Positions 12,301 through 20,935 of a stretch of DNA of 64,000 nt are shown here, piece by piece (position 1 is the stretch's first letter; every line of letters begins with the position of its first letter). A program made the translations under genes and the position numbers. Source of the DNA: Thermodesulfobacteriota bacterium (GTDB lineage Bacteria; Desulfobacterota_D; UBA1144; Nemesobacterales; Mycalebacteriaceae); contig CBDAQI010000010.1 in the NCBI GenBank assembly GCA_965198945.1, positions 1 to 64,000 on the forward strand, read 5' to 3'. A model generated the notes under the pieces. That model had not been told where the DNA came from, searched no databases, and was given only the letters and a program-made list of their open reading frames with translations.

Positions 12301-14561
12301 TCCTGACCCACTGCCGTTGAGCCTACTCCAAATGCATCCGAACGTTCACCAAGAGCGGTTGACTCCTCTTCGCGGGCATTTGCCGCATGACCCAGCGCTG
12401 TTGATCTTTCTCCCAGCGCCGCGGCTTCCTCACCCACGGCCGCCGCGTTTGTGGCGGAAGCAATTGAATCTGCGCCTATCCCAATGGAATGGCTGACCGC
12501 CGCATTCGCCTTATAACCAACGGCAAGTGAGTTTTCATCTTTCGCATGCGCGAGCCTGCCAACGGCAACCGATCTCAAGCCCGCCGCATTCGCTTTCTGG
12601 CCCACAGCCGTCGCCCCCGGCGCGGTTGCGGCCGCATTTTCGCCCAGCGCCGTTGTGTCAGCGCCTATCGCCATTGAACGATAGCCGTAAGCCGTTGCAT
12701 TTATTCCCAGTGCGGCTGAGTTATCACCCATAGCCATGGCATTTCCTCCCATGATGACCGGAGCCTGCTGTTTGATGACGGGAAACGGCCCCCTTCCCAA
12801 GGGGTCATCAGAGGCGACAAACGCGAGAGGCCCTACATTGGCGTTCCTTCCAATAGCTATCCCGCCCGGTGTTAGTACGGCAGCGTTTTGCCCGATTGCT
12901 ATTGATCTTTGTTGTCCGGCATTTGCGCCTTCTCCGATTGCAATTGAGGCTTCACCATCCACAAACGCCTCTTTATCAGAGGGATTGGCCGAAACTTTCA
13001 CAAACCTCTGAGACGGAGGCCTTAAAGCAATCACCGTTGCGTCAGCCAGGTCTTCAAACAGTATGGTTTTATTAAGTATCTTTGCACTTGTTACGGAATC
13101 GTTGGCAAGTTTTTGTCTCGTCACCGCACCGTCCTGAATTTTTGCCGTCGTTACGCTGTCGGCGGCAAGATAGGCACTTGTGAGCTGCTCTATGCGGGAA
13201 ATCTGCCCGTCCCTATTTACTCTGATAAGGCCCGTATCGTCGCCAGAGCGCGCAAGTGACGGAACAACAACCCTGTGCGCGGAGGTTCCAAGAACTATTT
13301 GACGGGCAGCAGTCGTCCGCGCTCCGGCACCTATTGCAACGGAATCCGTGTGAGATGCCAACGCATCCTCGCCAAAAGCCATTGACCGAGCGGCGGACGC
13401 ATTCGCCCCATGACCCAAGGCGATTGACGATTCGGAGACCGCACTCGCATTAGTACCCACTGCCACTGAAGTATCTGCGTACGCATTCGCACTCGCACCT
13501 AGAGCTACCGCAGCTGTGCCAATTGCTTTGGAATCTGAACCCACTGCCGTTGCACGCCCTCTCATTGTAAAGGCAGTCGCACCCACAGCCACCGAATTTT
13601 GGCCGGACGCATTCGCCTTAAAACCCACAGCCACCGAATTTTGGGCCAACGCACTTGCAATATGACCAACGGCGGTTGCACGCCCCACAAAAGAAGGAGG
13701 ACCCGATCTAATTTCACCGGACGCATTTGCATTCTGCCCAACCGCAACCGATCTACTGCCTGCAAAAGCTGCAGTGTCAGATAAGTTGCCGATTTTTACG
13801 AACGGACTACCGCCTCCACCTCGAAGAGCCTGCCTCGCGGCGGGGGAAATGTCATCAATCTGTATTGTGTTGTTTTGTATCTTTGCACTTGTTACGGAAT
13901 CGGCGGAAAGATATTCGCTTGTGAGCTGCTCTATGCGGAAAAGCTGCCCGCTCCTATCTACTCTGACAAGGCCTGTATCGTCGCCAGGGTTCACAAGTGA
14001 CGGAACAACAACTCTGTGCGTGGAGGTTCCAAGAACTATTTGACTGGCGGCAGTCGTCCGTGAAGCGGTACCTATTGCAACGGAATTGTGGTGTGTCGCC
14101 CGGGCATCATAGCCCAGAGCCACTGAATATAAATTTCTGGCTTGCGCTTTGTGACCCAAAGCCGTTGAAAAACGATGGCTAGCTAACGCACCCTGACCCA
14201 AAGCCGTTGCTCCCGCTTCATTTGCAGACGCATAACTCCCCACAGCCAAAGCGTTTGCACCCAGTGCATTCGTATATGCCCCCAATGCCGCTGAATTTAC
14301 TCCCTCAACTCTTGATCTAAAACCAAAAGCCACTGATCGCCCTGAACTGTCGGTTGTAGAGGCTTGCCGACCCACAGCTGTTGATTCAAGACCACCCGCA
14401 TCCGCTGCCGTCCCTACGCATAAGAGCGTTTTAGTAGCAACTTCACCAATACTACAAGTGCCTCCTGTGTTTATGGACTGCGCTTGCGCGTCTTGGATAT
14501 GCAGATTTAAAGAAGAAAAAGTGAATACGGAAATAATGAATAGGGCACTTAAAATTCTCAT
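6321..14561 (-). CDS. Giant YadA-like trimeric autotransporter adhesin (2746 aa)
   Basis: Signal peptide, very many 14-residue head repeats (xSTAVGxxAxA), coiled-coil stalk, C-terminal anchor GIAMAAA...GLNFQW. Confidence 0.93.
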   Translation of the reverse strand: MRILSALFIISVFTFSSLNLHIQDAQAQSINTGGTCSIGEVATKTLLCVGTAADAGGLESTAVGRQASTTDSSGRSVAFGFRSRVEGVNSAALGAYTNALGANALAVGSYASANEAGATALGQGALASHRFSTALGHKAQARNLYSVALGYDARATHHNSVAIGTASRTTAASQIVLGTSTHRVVVPSLVNPGDDTGLVRVDRSGQLFRIEQLTSEYLSADSVTSAKIQNNTIQIDDISPAARQALRGGGGSPFVKIGNLSDTAAFAGSRSVAVGQNANASGEIRSGPPSFVGRATAVGHIASALAQNSVAVGFKANASGQNSVAVGATAFTMRGRATAVGSDSKAIGTAAVALGASANAYADTSVAVGTNASAVSESSIALGHGANASAARSMAFGEDALASHTDSVAIGAGARTTAARQIVLGTSAHRVVVPSLARSGDDTGLIRVNRDGQISRIEQLTSAYLAADSVTTAKIQDGAVTRQKLANDSVTSAKILNKTILFEDLADATVIALRPPSQRFVKVSANPSDKEAFVDGEASIAIGEGANAGQQRSIAIGQNAAVLTPGGIAIGRNANVGPLAFVASDDPLGRGPFPVIKQQAPVIMGGNAMAMGDNSAALGINATAYGYRSMAIGADTTALGENAAATAPGATAVGQKANAAGLRSVAVGRLAHAKDENSLAVGYKANAAVSHSIGIGADSIASATNAAAVGEEAAALGERSTALGHAANAREEESTALGERSDAFGVGSTAVGQDAEATSDKSTAVGQFAHAVAENSTAVGQDAEAVGVDSTAVGRLAHAMSANATSLGQGANAGATNATALGQGAEAIAKRATAVGQGAQATSENSTAVGSLSQATTGVKATALGHFARAVQANTTALGTGSHASHVNATALGQGVRAEQVNTTALGQDSRASGINSTVVGHEAAATSAAVDSIAIGQGSRVEQVNATAVGQSARATNVNTSAFGRGAEATGYNSTALGQKAEASGIDSLAVGHRATASGRDSIAIGVNAKATHEASIAIGRNAEAVAHNSVAIGRNIRAAGEGSFIVGIDGKATGLGAHSGGRGTQATGNHSTAIGYHGEAAGENSSALGALSFALQTNATAVGHNAAAIELDTTALGQGASASGVDSTAVGQGANASGGLATALGQDAQASGAASTALGEASRALDSSSTAVGHDARATARDTTAVGAFSRASARDATALGWDAEALAEKSTALGTSAEASTENSTAVGYLAAARGTDSTSIGAFSAASGIDSSSFGQQSVASGAASTALGRSASASGVDSTAVGQGANASGGLATALGQDAQASGAASTALGEASRALDSSSTAVGHDARATARDTTAVGALSRASARDATALGWDAEALAEKSTALGTSAEASTENSTAVGYLAAARGTDSTSIGAFSAASGIDSSSFGQQSVASGAASTALGRSASASGVDSTAVGQGANASGGLATALGQDAQASGAASTALGEASRALDSSSTAVGHDARATARDTTAVGALSRASARDATALGWDAEALAEKSTALGTSAEASTENSTAVGYLAAARGTDSTSIGAFSAASGIDSSSFGQQSVASGAASTALGRSASASGVDSTAVGQGANASGGLATALGQDAQASGAASTALGEASRALDSSSTAVGHDARATARDTTAVGAFSRASARDATALGWDAEALAEKSTALGTSAEASTENSTAVGYLAAARGTDSTSIGAFSAASGIDSSSFGQQSVASGANSTALGRSAEASGIDSLAVGHRATASGRDSIAIGVNAKATHEASIAIGRNAEAVAHNSVAIGRNIRAAGEGSFIVGIDGKATGLGAHSGGRGTQATGNHSTAIGYHGEAAGENSSALGALSFALQTNATAVGHNAAAIELDTTALGQGASALGLFSTALGQGAHAINIHTTAVGKGANASGVNSSAFGYLARASAENTTAVGVSANASGSHSTAVGVSARAQGTNTTVVGEDAFCADANGTAVGHGALCQNTDSTAIGQNASSTGLNSTAVGQGSNASGANSTVLGRNARASGANSTALGQNASASGDDSLAVGHEANASGRDSIAIGVNAKATHEASIAIGRNAAADAHNSVAFGRNIRATAEGAFVAGIDAKSTGLGATASGVNTSATGSLSTGIGYFTEASGDNSSAFGAHSFANGANSTALGVNSTADAYRSAALGAGASVRRDGTQSFGDTADGRDYTLGDSFGTGTPAEADLNYRYTGLGLYEEKAYYTANSSEGTDGVPTYITQMEHDPALGRFVERKDRGVEAGGATRVATVLPDGTLQTADFGFDGIDELIGNTEGPQTLRQKVRTERNTVAAVDTSSDAAANAAQLSYLAALDAYLENDQIKDNKEIEEERDSLKDLQNSFAEETSVDSYTQQQVESILSLRPAPDPNGSLLRQTAYSYEAVGASDFQRQRWADTADTNNPLGDRYVSLADQVTFKRDPTAYQSLIRTEVVQGENALGARSRPSADPNFYEQQQSDGSWEVTINRTGNLYEQRNYYVSQRIAGFDVDGVLGTRVDLTDTNTGPDGLTPAQRIRNLINTYDGNGDGWLSRGELSRGIERIATVEEKIAVYEYISQNSPALQQGYAAQIDSESNLREMRLIDEYIVAGTEDTDQRRIRNVDEFLTEAGQNQLTSATLEALQETPLGSEPIRYGDLYERNAWVQDKIDEHDAAIAKLGRGIAMAAAIKSTPVEPGKRIGLDINFSEYEGDYGVAGSVGMRLTDNFQFHFSGATTNEFDERLLQTGLNFQW
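9349..11200. repeat. Four near-identical 462-bp (154-aa) tandem repeats inside the adhesin
   Basis: Shadow ORFs recur at 9467, 9929, 10391 and 10853 (462-bp spacing) and differ at one visible position. Confidence 0.95.
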
Positions 14562-14650
14562 TGTTGGTCAGTTCCTCCGACTTTTTTACTGAGAAGTAAA
14601 ATAGAAGCTTCAGGTGAAACGCATCCTTTCCTCAGCCGAAACATCCCCAG

Positions 14651-14680
14651 AATTTATAAGGGCGGAGAAAAATTGTCAAG
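14651..14680 (-). promoter_or_regulatory. Possible sigma70 promoter of the adhesin
   Basis: Minus-strand TTGACA (14680-14675) followed 16-18 bp later by TATAAA/TAAATT. Confidence 0.4.
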
Positions 14681-14735
14681 ACAAATATAAGAGCGGCCGT
14701 AGAGTAAAAAACCGCCGTTGTGATTAAGCCGCGGC

Positions 14736-15962
14736 TCACAAACTTCTCTCGCCCGGCACGGCTAAAACCTGCTCAAGCGTCAGAACACGGAGAAACCTTT
14801 TCCCGTTTTCCTCAAAAATCGCGTCCATACCGCCGAAACGGGCCGCCTCAAGAGCCTTCATACCCCCGTCCGTAACAGTCTTTTCGCCCGTGAGGCGGAT
14901 TGTTACGGCGCCGAAATCACCACGGCCCGGGATTTCAGACTTTTTCAGAACCTCGGCTCGCACCCTGATTCGTTCGTGGTCGTCTCCGGGGCGGTTCAGT
15001 TCGGCTCCGCCCACTGACCGCCGCTCACCGGACGCTGAACCCGCCGAAGAGGCGGAAGCGGCCGCATACATCTCACGCACGATGTCAGACGGATAGGTCG
15101 GCGCGTTGTGCGCTCCGGAATTCATGCCAAGCTGAAAAGCAAACGGAAAATGACCGCTAACCGCGCCCTCGCACAGAGCCTTCACGGCTCCGCCGTATCC
15201 GATGAAAACCGATGACGGTGTGTGATGAACGGCGGCGTCATTCATCGTGGCAATTTGAAGCCAGCTGAAATCGGCAAGAGTGATCCCCTTTTCAAACAAG
15301 CCCTCAAGAACCTCGCCCTCACCCAAAGATTCAAAACTTCTTCCCGCATCGCCGGAAAAATTTGCGGACACCGCGCCCGGGTTAAGCTGCAGAGGCAAAA
15401 CCGCCTTTGACAGATCAATCTCCCGCGGCTGGGTCTTAACCGTGCTTGACTTTTCGTGGACAACGCCCTTTTCCGCACGCACAAGAACCTGACGGACATA
15501 GCTCAAAACCGTCTCGCCGCGCTGATTTGAAACGCGCGTTTCAACCTGAACCGAACCGCTTGTGGCGCCGTCTTTTCTGAACTCAACACCGAGAACCTTT
15601 GATTCGGCGGAAACAGTGTCTCCCTCAAACACCGGAGCGCCGAAAACAAGATTTGAATATGAAAGGTTTGCAACTGCGTTGAAAGAGATGTCATGAACGC
15701 TCAGACCGAACCCGGTGTTGAAAAGAAACCCTCTGCTGACAAGGGCGGAATCTTTGATGCCAAGCTCCCTCTCTTTGCGCGCGGCATCGGGGTCAACATA
15801 TCCGAGCGCCGTTGAAAGACGCGAGTTTGCCGGAACCTCCCCGTCTCCGAATTTCTTCACATACTGCCTGTTGCGCATCGGCGTGATTTGAACCGCGCCG
15901 TGGTGGTAGACGTCTCCCTCAGCAAAATCGCCTATAAATCTCTCGCACTGAAGGTTTCTCAC
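14736..15962 (-). CDS. Double MaoC/hotdog dehydratase, mesaconyl-CoA hydratase-like
   Basis: FIGDFAEGDVYHHG, GLSVHDISFNAVANLSY (recalled Mch motif VPDISLNAVANLGY), PVFEGDTVSAES; second hotdog domain starts GRSFESL. Confidence 0.75.
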   Translation of the reverse strand: MRNLQCERFIGDFAEGDVYHHGAVQITPMRNRQYVKKFGDGEVPANSRLSTALGYVDPDAARKERELGIKDSALVSRGFLFNTGFGLSVHDISFNAVANLSYSNLVFGAPVFEGDTVSAESKVLGVEFRKDGATSGSVQVETRVSNQRGETVLSYVRQVLVRAEKGVVHEKSSTVKTQPREIDLSKAVLPLQLNPGAVSANFSGDAGRSFESLGEGEVLEGLFEKGITLADFSWLQIATMNDAAVHHTPSSVFIGYGGAVKALCEGAVSGHFPFAFQLGMNSGAHNAPTYPSDIVREMYAAASASSAGSASGERRSVGGAELNRPGDDHERIRVRAEVLKKSEIPGRGDFGAVTIRLTGEKTVTDGGMKALEAARFGGMDAIFEENGKRFLRVLTLEQVLAVPGERSL

Positions 15963-17657
15963 TTATTTCGCCTCCCAGGTGTCTTTTGTTACGCCCTTTT
16001 CCCGAAGCTCATTTTTTTTGACCCGCTCCGTTCCGGTCTTCGGAAGCGACTTCACAAACCTTACAAAACGCGGAATCATAAAGGCCGGCATCAGAGGCTT
16101 AAGAAACTTTACGATTTCCACGGGGTCGGGTCTTGCGCTCTTTTCCGGAACAATCACAATCATCACTTCGTCTTCCGCGTGTTTGCCCGCCGAGGCTTTC
16201 ACTCCCACAGCCGCACATTCGGCAACCAGAGGGTGAGACGAGACAACCTTTTCAACCTCAAAGGAGCTTATGTTTTCGCCTCTTCTGCGTATGTAGTCTT
16301 TTACTCTGTCCATAAAATATATGTAGCCGTCTTTATCCATCCAGCCCGCATCACCGGTGTGAAACCACAGGTTGCGAAAATCCTCAACGGTTTTTTCGGG
16401 CATCTTGTTGTAATAGTGAAGCATGATGTTCGGAATCCGGGGTCTCACAACTATTTGCCCCACTTCGCCGCGGGGAAGCTCTTCGTCTGATTCGGGGTCG
16501 GCGATTTTGATTTCATAGCCGGGCGCCTCTTTTCCGCAAGACCCGACCCTGAAAGGCTCTCCGGGGCGCATCCATGTGCACTGCCCGGTTTCGGTGAGCC
16601 CGTAACCCTCCATAAACTTGATATTGAATCTTTTCATAAACTTTTCAATTATGTCGTGCGGCGCGGGAGAGCCGAGAACCAGACTGACCGAATGCGTCTT
16701 TTCTTCCGGAACGGGCGGGGTGTTCCACATAAAATATGAGACCGTTCCGACAGTATTGAAACGGGTGACTTTGTAGTCATTCATCCAGCGCCAGAAACGG
16801 CTTGCGCTGTATTTTTCCTCAACAACGGCTTTTGCGCCCTTGATCAGAGCGGGATAAACCGTCATCACCATCGCATTTGAATGGAAGAGCGGCAGGCAGG
16901 TGAAATACACATCATCCGGCCCCACATCCATTATTTCCGCGCAGTTTCTCGCGCTGCTGTAGTCCGCCGCACTCGGCCGCATAACGCCCTTTGAGCGCCC
17001 CGTTGTGCCGGAGGTGAACATCAGACGGGCATAATCGGTGAAAAAAACCTCAACCTTAGGCTCGGAAGAACGGGCGCCTTTGAGAAATCCCGCATAGGAT
17101 TTCATATTTTTGAATCTGAAACCGTGTTTTTGAAAATCGCCTGAGCCCGACCGAGTCCAGACCACAACTTTCTCAAGACTTTTCAAGCGTTTTGCAATGG
17201 GCGGCATTCTGTCAAGATACTCCTCCGCGATAAACAGCAGCCGTGAATCCGATGAATCTATTATGTATTGCAGAAAATCGGCCTTGTATGCGGTGTTAAT
17301 TGGAACCATAACGGCTCCGGCTTTGAGAATTCCGAACCATACAATCACATAATCGTCTGAATTCGGCATTAGAACGGAGACCTTGTCACCCTTTTTAATT
17401 CCGTTTTTTGCAAGCGTGTTCGCAACTTTGTTGGCAAGCGCATTTGTCTGTTTGAAACTGAGCGGTTTTTCCGCGCCGAACTGCAAAAACGGCTTGTCGC
17501 CCAGTTTTTTCGCCTGATTTTTAAGAATTTCGGGAAGAACCCAGTTTTTTCTGTCTTCCTTCAGATACCACTCCACATCAAAAGGGCTTTTTCGTTTGAA
17601 AGTTACCGAGTGTTTGAGATTGCGTATTTTTCTGCGGGGTTTGGTTTTGGCGGGCAT
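15963..17657 (-). CDS. ATP-dependent acyl-CoA ligase, CaiC-like
   Basis: MFTSGTTGRSKG, EGYGLTET, WFHTGD, DRVKDYIRRRGENISSFEVE, PKTGTERVKK. Confidence 0.92.
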   Translation of the reverse strand: MPAKTKPRRKIRNLKHSVTFKRKSPFDVEWYLKEDRKNWVLPEILKNQAKKLGDKPFLQFGAEKPLSFKQTNALANKVANTLAKNGIKKGDKVSVLMPNSDDYVIVWFGILKAGAVMVPINTAYKADFLQYIIDSSDSRLLFIAEEYLDRMPPIAKRLKSLEKVVVWTRSGSGDFQKHGFRFKNMKSYAGFLKGARSSEPKVEVFFTDYARLMFTSGTTGRSKGVMRPSAADYSSARNCAEIMDVGPDDVYFTCLPLFHSNAMVMTVYPALIKGAKAVVEEKYSASRFWRWMNDYKVTRFNTVGTVSYFMWNTPPVPEEKTHSVSLVLGSPAPHDIIEKFMKRFNIKFMEGYGLTETGQCTWMRPGEPFRVGSCGKEAPGYEIKIADPESDEELPRGEVGQIVVRPRIPNIMLHYYNKMPEKTVEDFRNLWFHTGDAGWMDKDGYIYFMDRVKDYIRRRGENISSFEVEKVVSSHPLVAECAAVGVKASAGKHAEDEVMIVIVPEKSARPDPVEIVKFLKPLMPAFMIPRFVRFVKSLPKTGTERVKKNELREKGVTKDTWEAK

Positions 17658-17792
17658 TTTGCGCCTCCGTCTTGTTTTCTCCGGTGTATTGTGCCATAAA
17701 AAAACCGCCGAGTCATTATTTAAGTGATTTCATTGTTGATTAGGCGATTTTCCCGTCTTTTCGCTTTCTTTTTGGTCATTTCCTTCCTTTGT

Positions 17793-18075
17793 CCGTCATT
17801 CCCGCGCAAGATTGTCCCCGTGAAAGCTTATCCTCATGAAAGCATGTCCCCGTGAAAACGGGGATGGGGACGGGAATCCGGCATAGCGAAGAGAATGCCT
17901 TTAATCCTTCGGATTCCATTCCTGTTTAATAAGGTTGTGAGACTCCCGTGAGACGCCACTGGTAGTTCCCGTTGGTGTGAATGCGAATACTGGATTCCCG
18001 TTTACACGGGAATGACGAGAGGGGAAGGGAATGACAAGAGAAAGAACGGGAATGGCAGGGGGGAAGGAACGGGAA
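17793..18075. repeat. Composite palindromic element with nested insert plus purine-rich tail
   Basis: Inverted relative of the 5775-5998 element; ends with ggattcccgtttacacgggaatgacg. Confidence 0.85.
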
Positions 18076-18109
18076 TCGCCGGGGAAACTAAACAAACCCT
18101 CCGTTTTTC

Positions 18110-18460
18110 TCACTTATTCCCGGTCTCACATTTTTCGCACGGGCACTGCCGGCGCAGAAACTCAAATGTGTATATACCAGTGTCATGTTTATCGTTCCAC
18201 TCAAACTGGAGCGCGTAGAGCCCTACCCGGCTGATTTTTGCCGGCCTGATTCCCGCATCCGCAGAGCCCGGAGCGATTCTTTTTTTGAAAGGCAGTTTTC
18301 CGGTTCTGCTTTTGCTTCTGAGCCTGCGGCAGGTTGCACACGGGCACTGCTGCCGCAGATCGTCATAGAGGTAAATACTCTCGTGTCCGTCATTCCACTC
18401 TATGAGCAGCGTGGAGTTACTAAATTCGGTTATTTTGTCGGGAAGCGGTTTTGCGGTCAT
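18110..18460 (-). CDS. DUF971 / GBBH N-terminal-like Zn-binding protein
   Basis: IEWNDGHES, LRQQCPCATC, VGLYALQFEWNDKHDTGIY. Confidence 0.88.
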   Translation of the reverse strand: MTAKPLPDKITEFSNSTLLIEWNDGHESIYLYDDLRQQCPCATCRRLRSKSRTGKLPFKKRIAPGSADAGIRPAKISRVGLYALQFEWNDKHDTGIYTFEFLRRQCPCEKCETGNK

Positions 18461-18525
18461 TTCCGCATTTTAACGGAAAGAGCACGTGTTTGACACCCAA
18501 CCTCACCGACAATTACAATCACCAA

Positions 18526-19290
18526 ATGAATCCTCAAGGGGAAATCACCGCGCTTGAGGCGCTTGCCGGGTGGCTTGCGGAGGCACGGCGGACGGTTTTT
18601 CTGACCGGCCCCGAACTTACCTTTGAAGCCGGCATCCCCGATGCGGGCTCGCTTGAATTCAACCCTGACATAAATGATTTCAAGGAAAAACAAGAGGTCA
18701 GAGAGCAATACTGGGCGAAAATTTCAGAGTTTTATCCGAAAATCGCCGCCGCCGAGCCATCGGAATCACACAAAGCGATATATGGCATTTCTCTTCTGTG
18801 CACGGTTGACTGCATTATAACTCAGGCGGTTGACGGACTCCACACAAAGGCGGGCGGGGAGAATATTCTTGAGATTTATTCCTCAATTCACTGGGCGCAG
18901 TGCCTGAGCTGCGGGAAGGATTACAGAATGATGGACGTTCTGACTTCAATGTCGCGCGCGGGTGAAAAAATTCCATCCTGCGCGGTCTGCCGCACCGGGA
19001 TGCTGAAGCCTCCTCTGTCATTTCCGGGACAGCCGCTTCCGCACTGGGAAATCCGTGAGGGTTGGATAAAGATTCACGGATGCGACCTTCTGGTTTGTGT
19101 CGGCGCCGTTCTTGATAAGGAGCCGGTTGCTTCTTTTCCGGCACAGGCTCGCCAGAGAGGTGTTAAGACCGCGATTGTAAGCGCACACCAGAGCGCCGCA
19201 GACGGTTATGTTGACGCCGTGCTTTACGGCAACCCGGCGGTTGTGATGAGCAGCCTGCTGGAGGAAGTGAGGAAGATCACACTGGTATAA
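18526..19290 (+). CDS. Sir2/CobB-fold protein with degenerate catalytic motifs
   Basis: Sirtuin layout with two CxxC pairs, ITQAVDGLH and LKPPLSFPGQPLP; likely ATG at 18526. Confidence 0.85.
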   Translation: MNPQGEITALEALAGWLAEARRTVFLTGPELTFEAGIPDAGSLEFNPDINDFKEKQEVREQYWAKISEFYPKIAAAEPSESHKAIYGISLLCTVDCIITQAVDGLHTKAGGENILEIYSSIHWAQCLSCGKDYRMMDVLTSMSRAGEKIPSCAVCRTGMLKPPLSFPGQPLPHWEIREGWIKIHGCDLLVCVGAVLDKEPVASFPAQARQRGVKTAIVSAHQSAADGYVDAVLYGNPAVVMSSLLEEVRKITLV

Positions 19291-19291
19291 C

Positions 19292-19440
19292 GCTCCGGAC
19301 TTCATTTTTGTTTCCTGCGGTTATGAGGTTCCCTTGAAACGCCATGGGTAATCCCCTTGCCCGGAATGCCGGATTCCCGTCCCCATCCCCGTTTTCACGG
19401 GGACATGCTTTCATGAAGACAATCTTTCACGGAAATGACG
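19292..19440. repeat. Palindromic element with a 2 x 22-bp nested insert
   Basis: Insert at 19380-19423; the flank ccggacttcatttttgttt is the reverse complement of sequence at ~26481-26499. Confidence 0.85.
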
Positions 19441-19491
19441 GGGAAATTAAACGGGAACGGCGGTGTGGGTTGTTCGCGCGGCTTTACAAAT

Positions 19492-20856
19492 TCAATCGCC
19501 TTGCCACTTCTCTTTCACAAACCGGGCCGCCTCCTTTTTTGTTTGAAGGCGGGTTTCCAGCTGAGCCTCTTCAACTTCGGAAAGAATTGTCTTGAACTGC
19601 GGTCCCGGCTCAAAACCCATTTTAATCAGATCTCTTCCGTTCAGAAGCGGCGCGGGTTTGATTTCCTCCTCGCCGAATTCCTCAATTTTTGCCTTTGTAA
19701 ATTCAAATGCGTCGGTCATTCCGTGACTTGCGAGACAGTCCGCCAGATGGAGAGCGAGATGCTCTTCAAAATACGGCATGCCAAGGAAACGCTTGAGAGT
19801 GCTCTGCCTCATTTTCTTCACATCCTTGAACTTCAAATGGTGGCGCACAAGCTCGGATATTCTTTCAATTTGTTTGTTTGAAAATTTCAGGCGCCGGCAG
19901 ATTTTTTTTGCCATCGCCGCGCCGACTCTGTCGTGTCCGTTGAAGCGGATTCTGTCGCTCCTCTCAAAAGTGGGCGGTTTGCCGACATCATGAAGAAGCG
20001 CCGCGACCGCGAGTTCGCACGACCTTCCGGGAGTGTTTTCCTCAAGCTTTTCCAGAACCATCCGTGTGTGAACAAACACATCGCCTTCGGGGTGAAACTC
20101 CGGCGGCTGTTCAACCCCCGCCATTGCGTCCGCTTCAGGCAATATGAAGGCAAGAAGACCGGTTTTGCGCAAAAGACCGAGCCCTTGTCCGCAATTGGGG
20201 CGCGTGAGAATTTTTACAATCTCATCGCGTATCCTCTCGGCGCTCACATCCTCTATAAAACTCGAGTTTTCCACTATCGCCTCAAAAGTCCGCTTTTCAA
20301 TCTCAAATCCCAGCCCGGCCGCAAAACGCACGGCGCGAAGCATCCTCAACCGGTCTTCCGCGAACCGCCGCCCGGGGTCTCCTATGGTTCTTATAATTTT
20401 TTTTCTCAAGTCCCCGCGTCCGTCCACATAGTCAAAAATCTCTCTGGTCTCCGGTTCAAGCAGAAGGCCGTTAATCGTGAAATCCCTTCTTTCCACATCA
20501 TCCTTTTCGCTGTTTCCGAATAACACGGTTTCGGGATGCCTGCCGTCTTTGTAGTTGAAGTCTTTTCTGAATGTCGCCACTTCAAAACTGTCTTTGCCGT
20601 CGGTAACAATAACCACGCCGAAACTTTCCCCAACGGCCACGGAGTGCGGAAAAATTTTCCGTGCCTGTTCCGGGGCGGCGCTTGTCGTGATGTCAAAATC
20701 TCCGGCTTCAAGCCCGCAGAGCATATTTCTCACACATCCGCCTACCATAAAAGCCGAGTGCCCGGCTTTTTTCAGCGAGCGCACGACCCCTTGGGCTTTT
20801 TTGAAAAGCGGGGTGGTAAAATGTTTCGGGTCTATCTCGGTTTTAATTTCGCACAT
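19492..20856 (-). CDS. cca: CCA tRNA nucleotidyltransferase / poly(A) polymerase family protein with HD domain
   Basis: VGGCVR, DFDITT, RRDFTING, EDRLRMLRAVRF, HPEGDV, LLHDVGK. Confidence 0.9.
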   Translation of the reverse strand: MCEIKTEIDPKHFTTPLFKKAQGVVRSLKKAGHSAFMVGGCVRNMLCGLEAGDFDITTSAAPEQARKIFPHSVAVGESFGVVIVTDGKDSFEVATFRKDFNYKDGRHPETVLFGNSEKDDVERRDFTINGLLLEPETREIFDYVDGRGDLRKKIIRTIGDPGRRFAEDRLRMLRAVRFAAGLGFEIEKRTFEAIVENSSFIEDVSAERIRDEIVKILTRPNCGQGLGLLRKTGLLAFILPEADAMAGVEQPPEFHPEGDVFVHTRMVLEKLEENTPGRSCELAVAALLHDVGKPPTFERSDRIRFNGHDRVGAAMAKKICRRLKFSNKQIERISELVRHHLKFKDVKKMRQSTLKRFLGMPYFEEHLALHLADCLASHGMTDAFEFTKAKIEEFGEEEIKPAPLLNGRDLIKMGFEPGPQFKTILSEVEEAQLETRLQTKKEAARFVKEKWQGD

Positions 20857-20935
20857 TAGCCGGGGCTGCCGTTTTCAATAAGGGCTCTCTCGTATATTAT
20901 ACCGCTCAAAAGCCGCCGAGTCCGCCGGAGTTTCA

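Noticed and set aside
8206..12733. Repeated Pro/Arg/Leu-rich plus-strand ORFs
   Set aside because: Antisense shadows of the repetitive adhesin.
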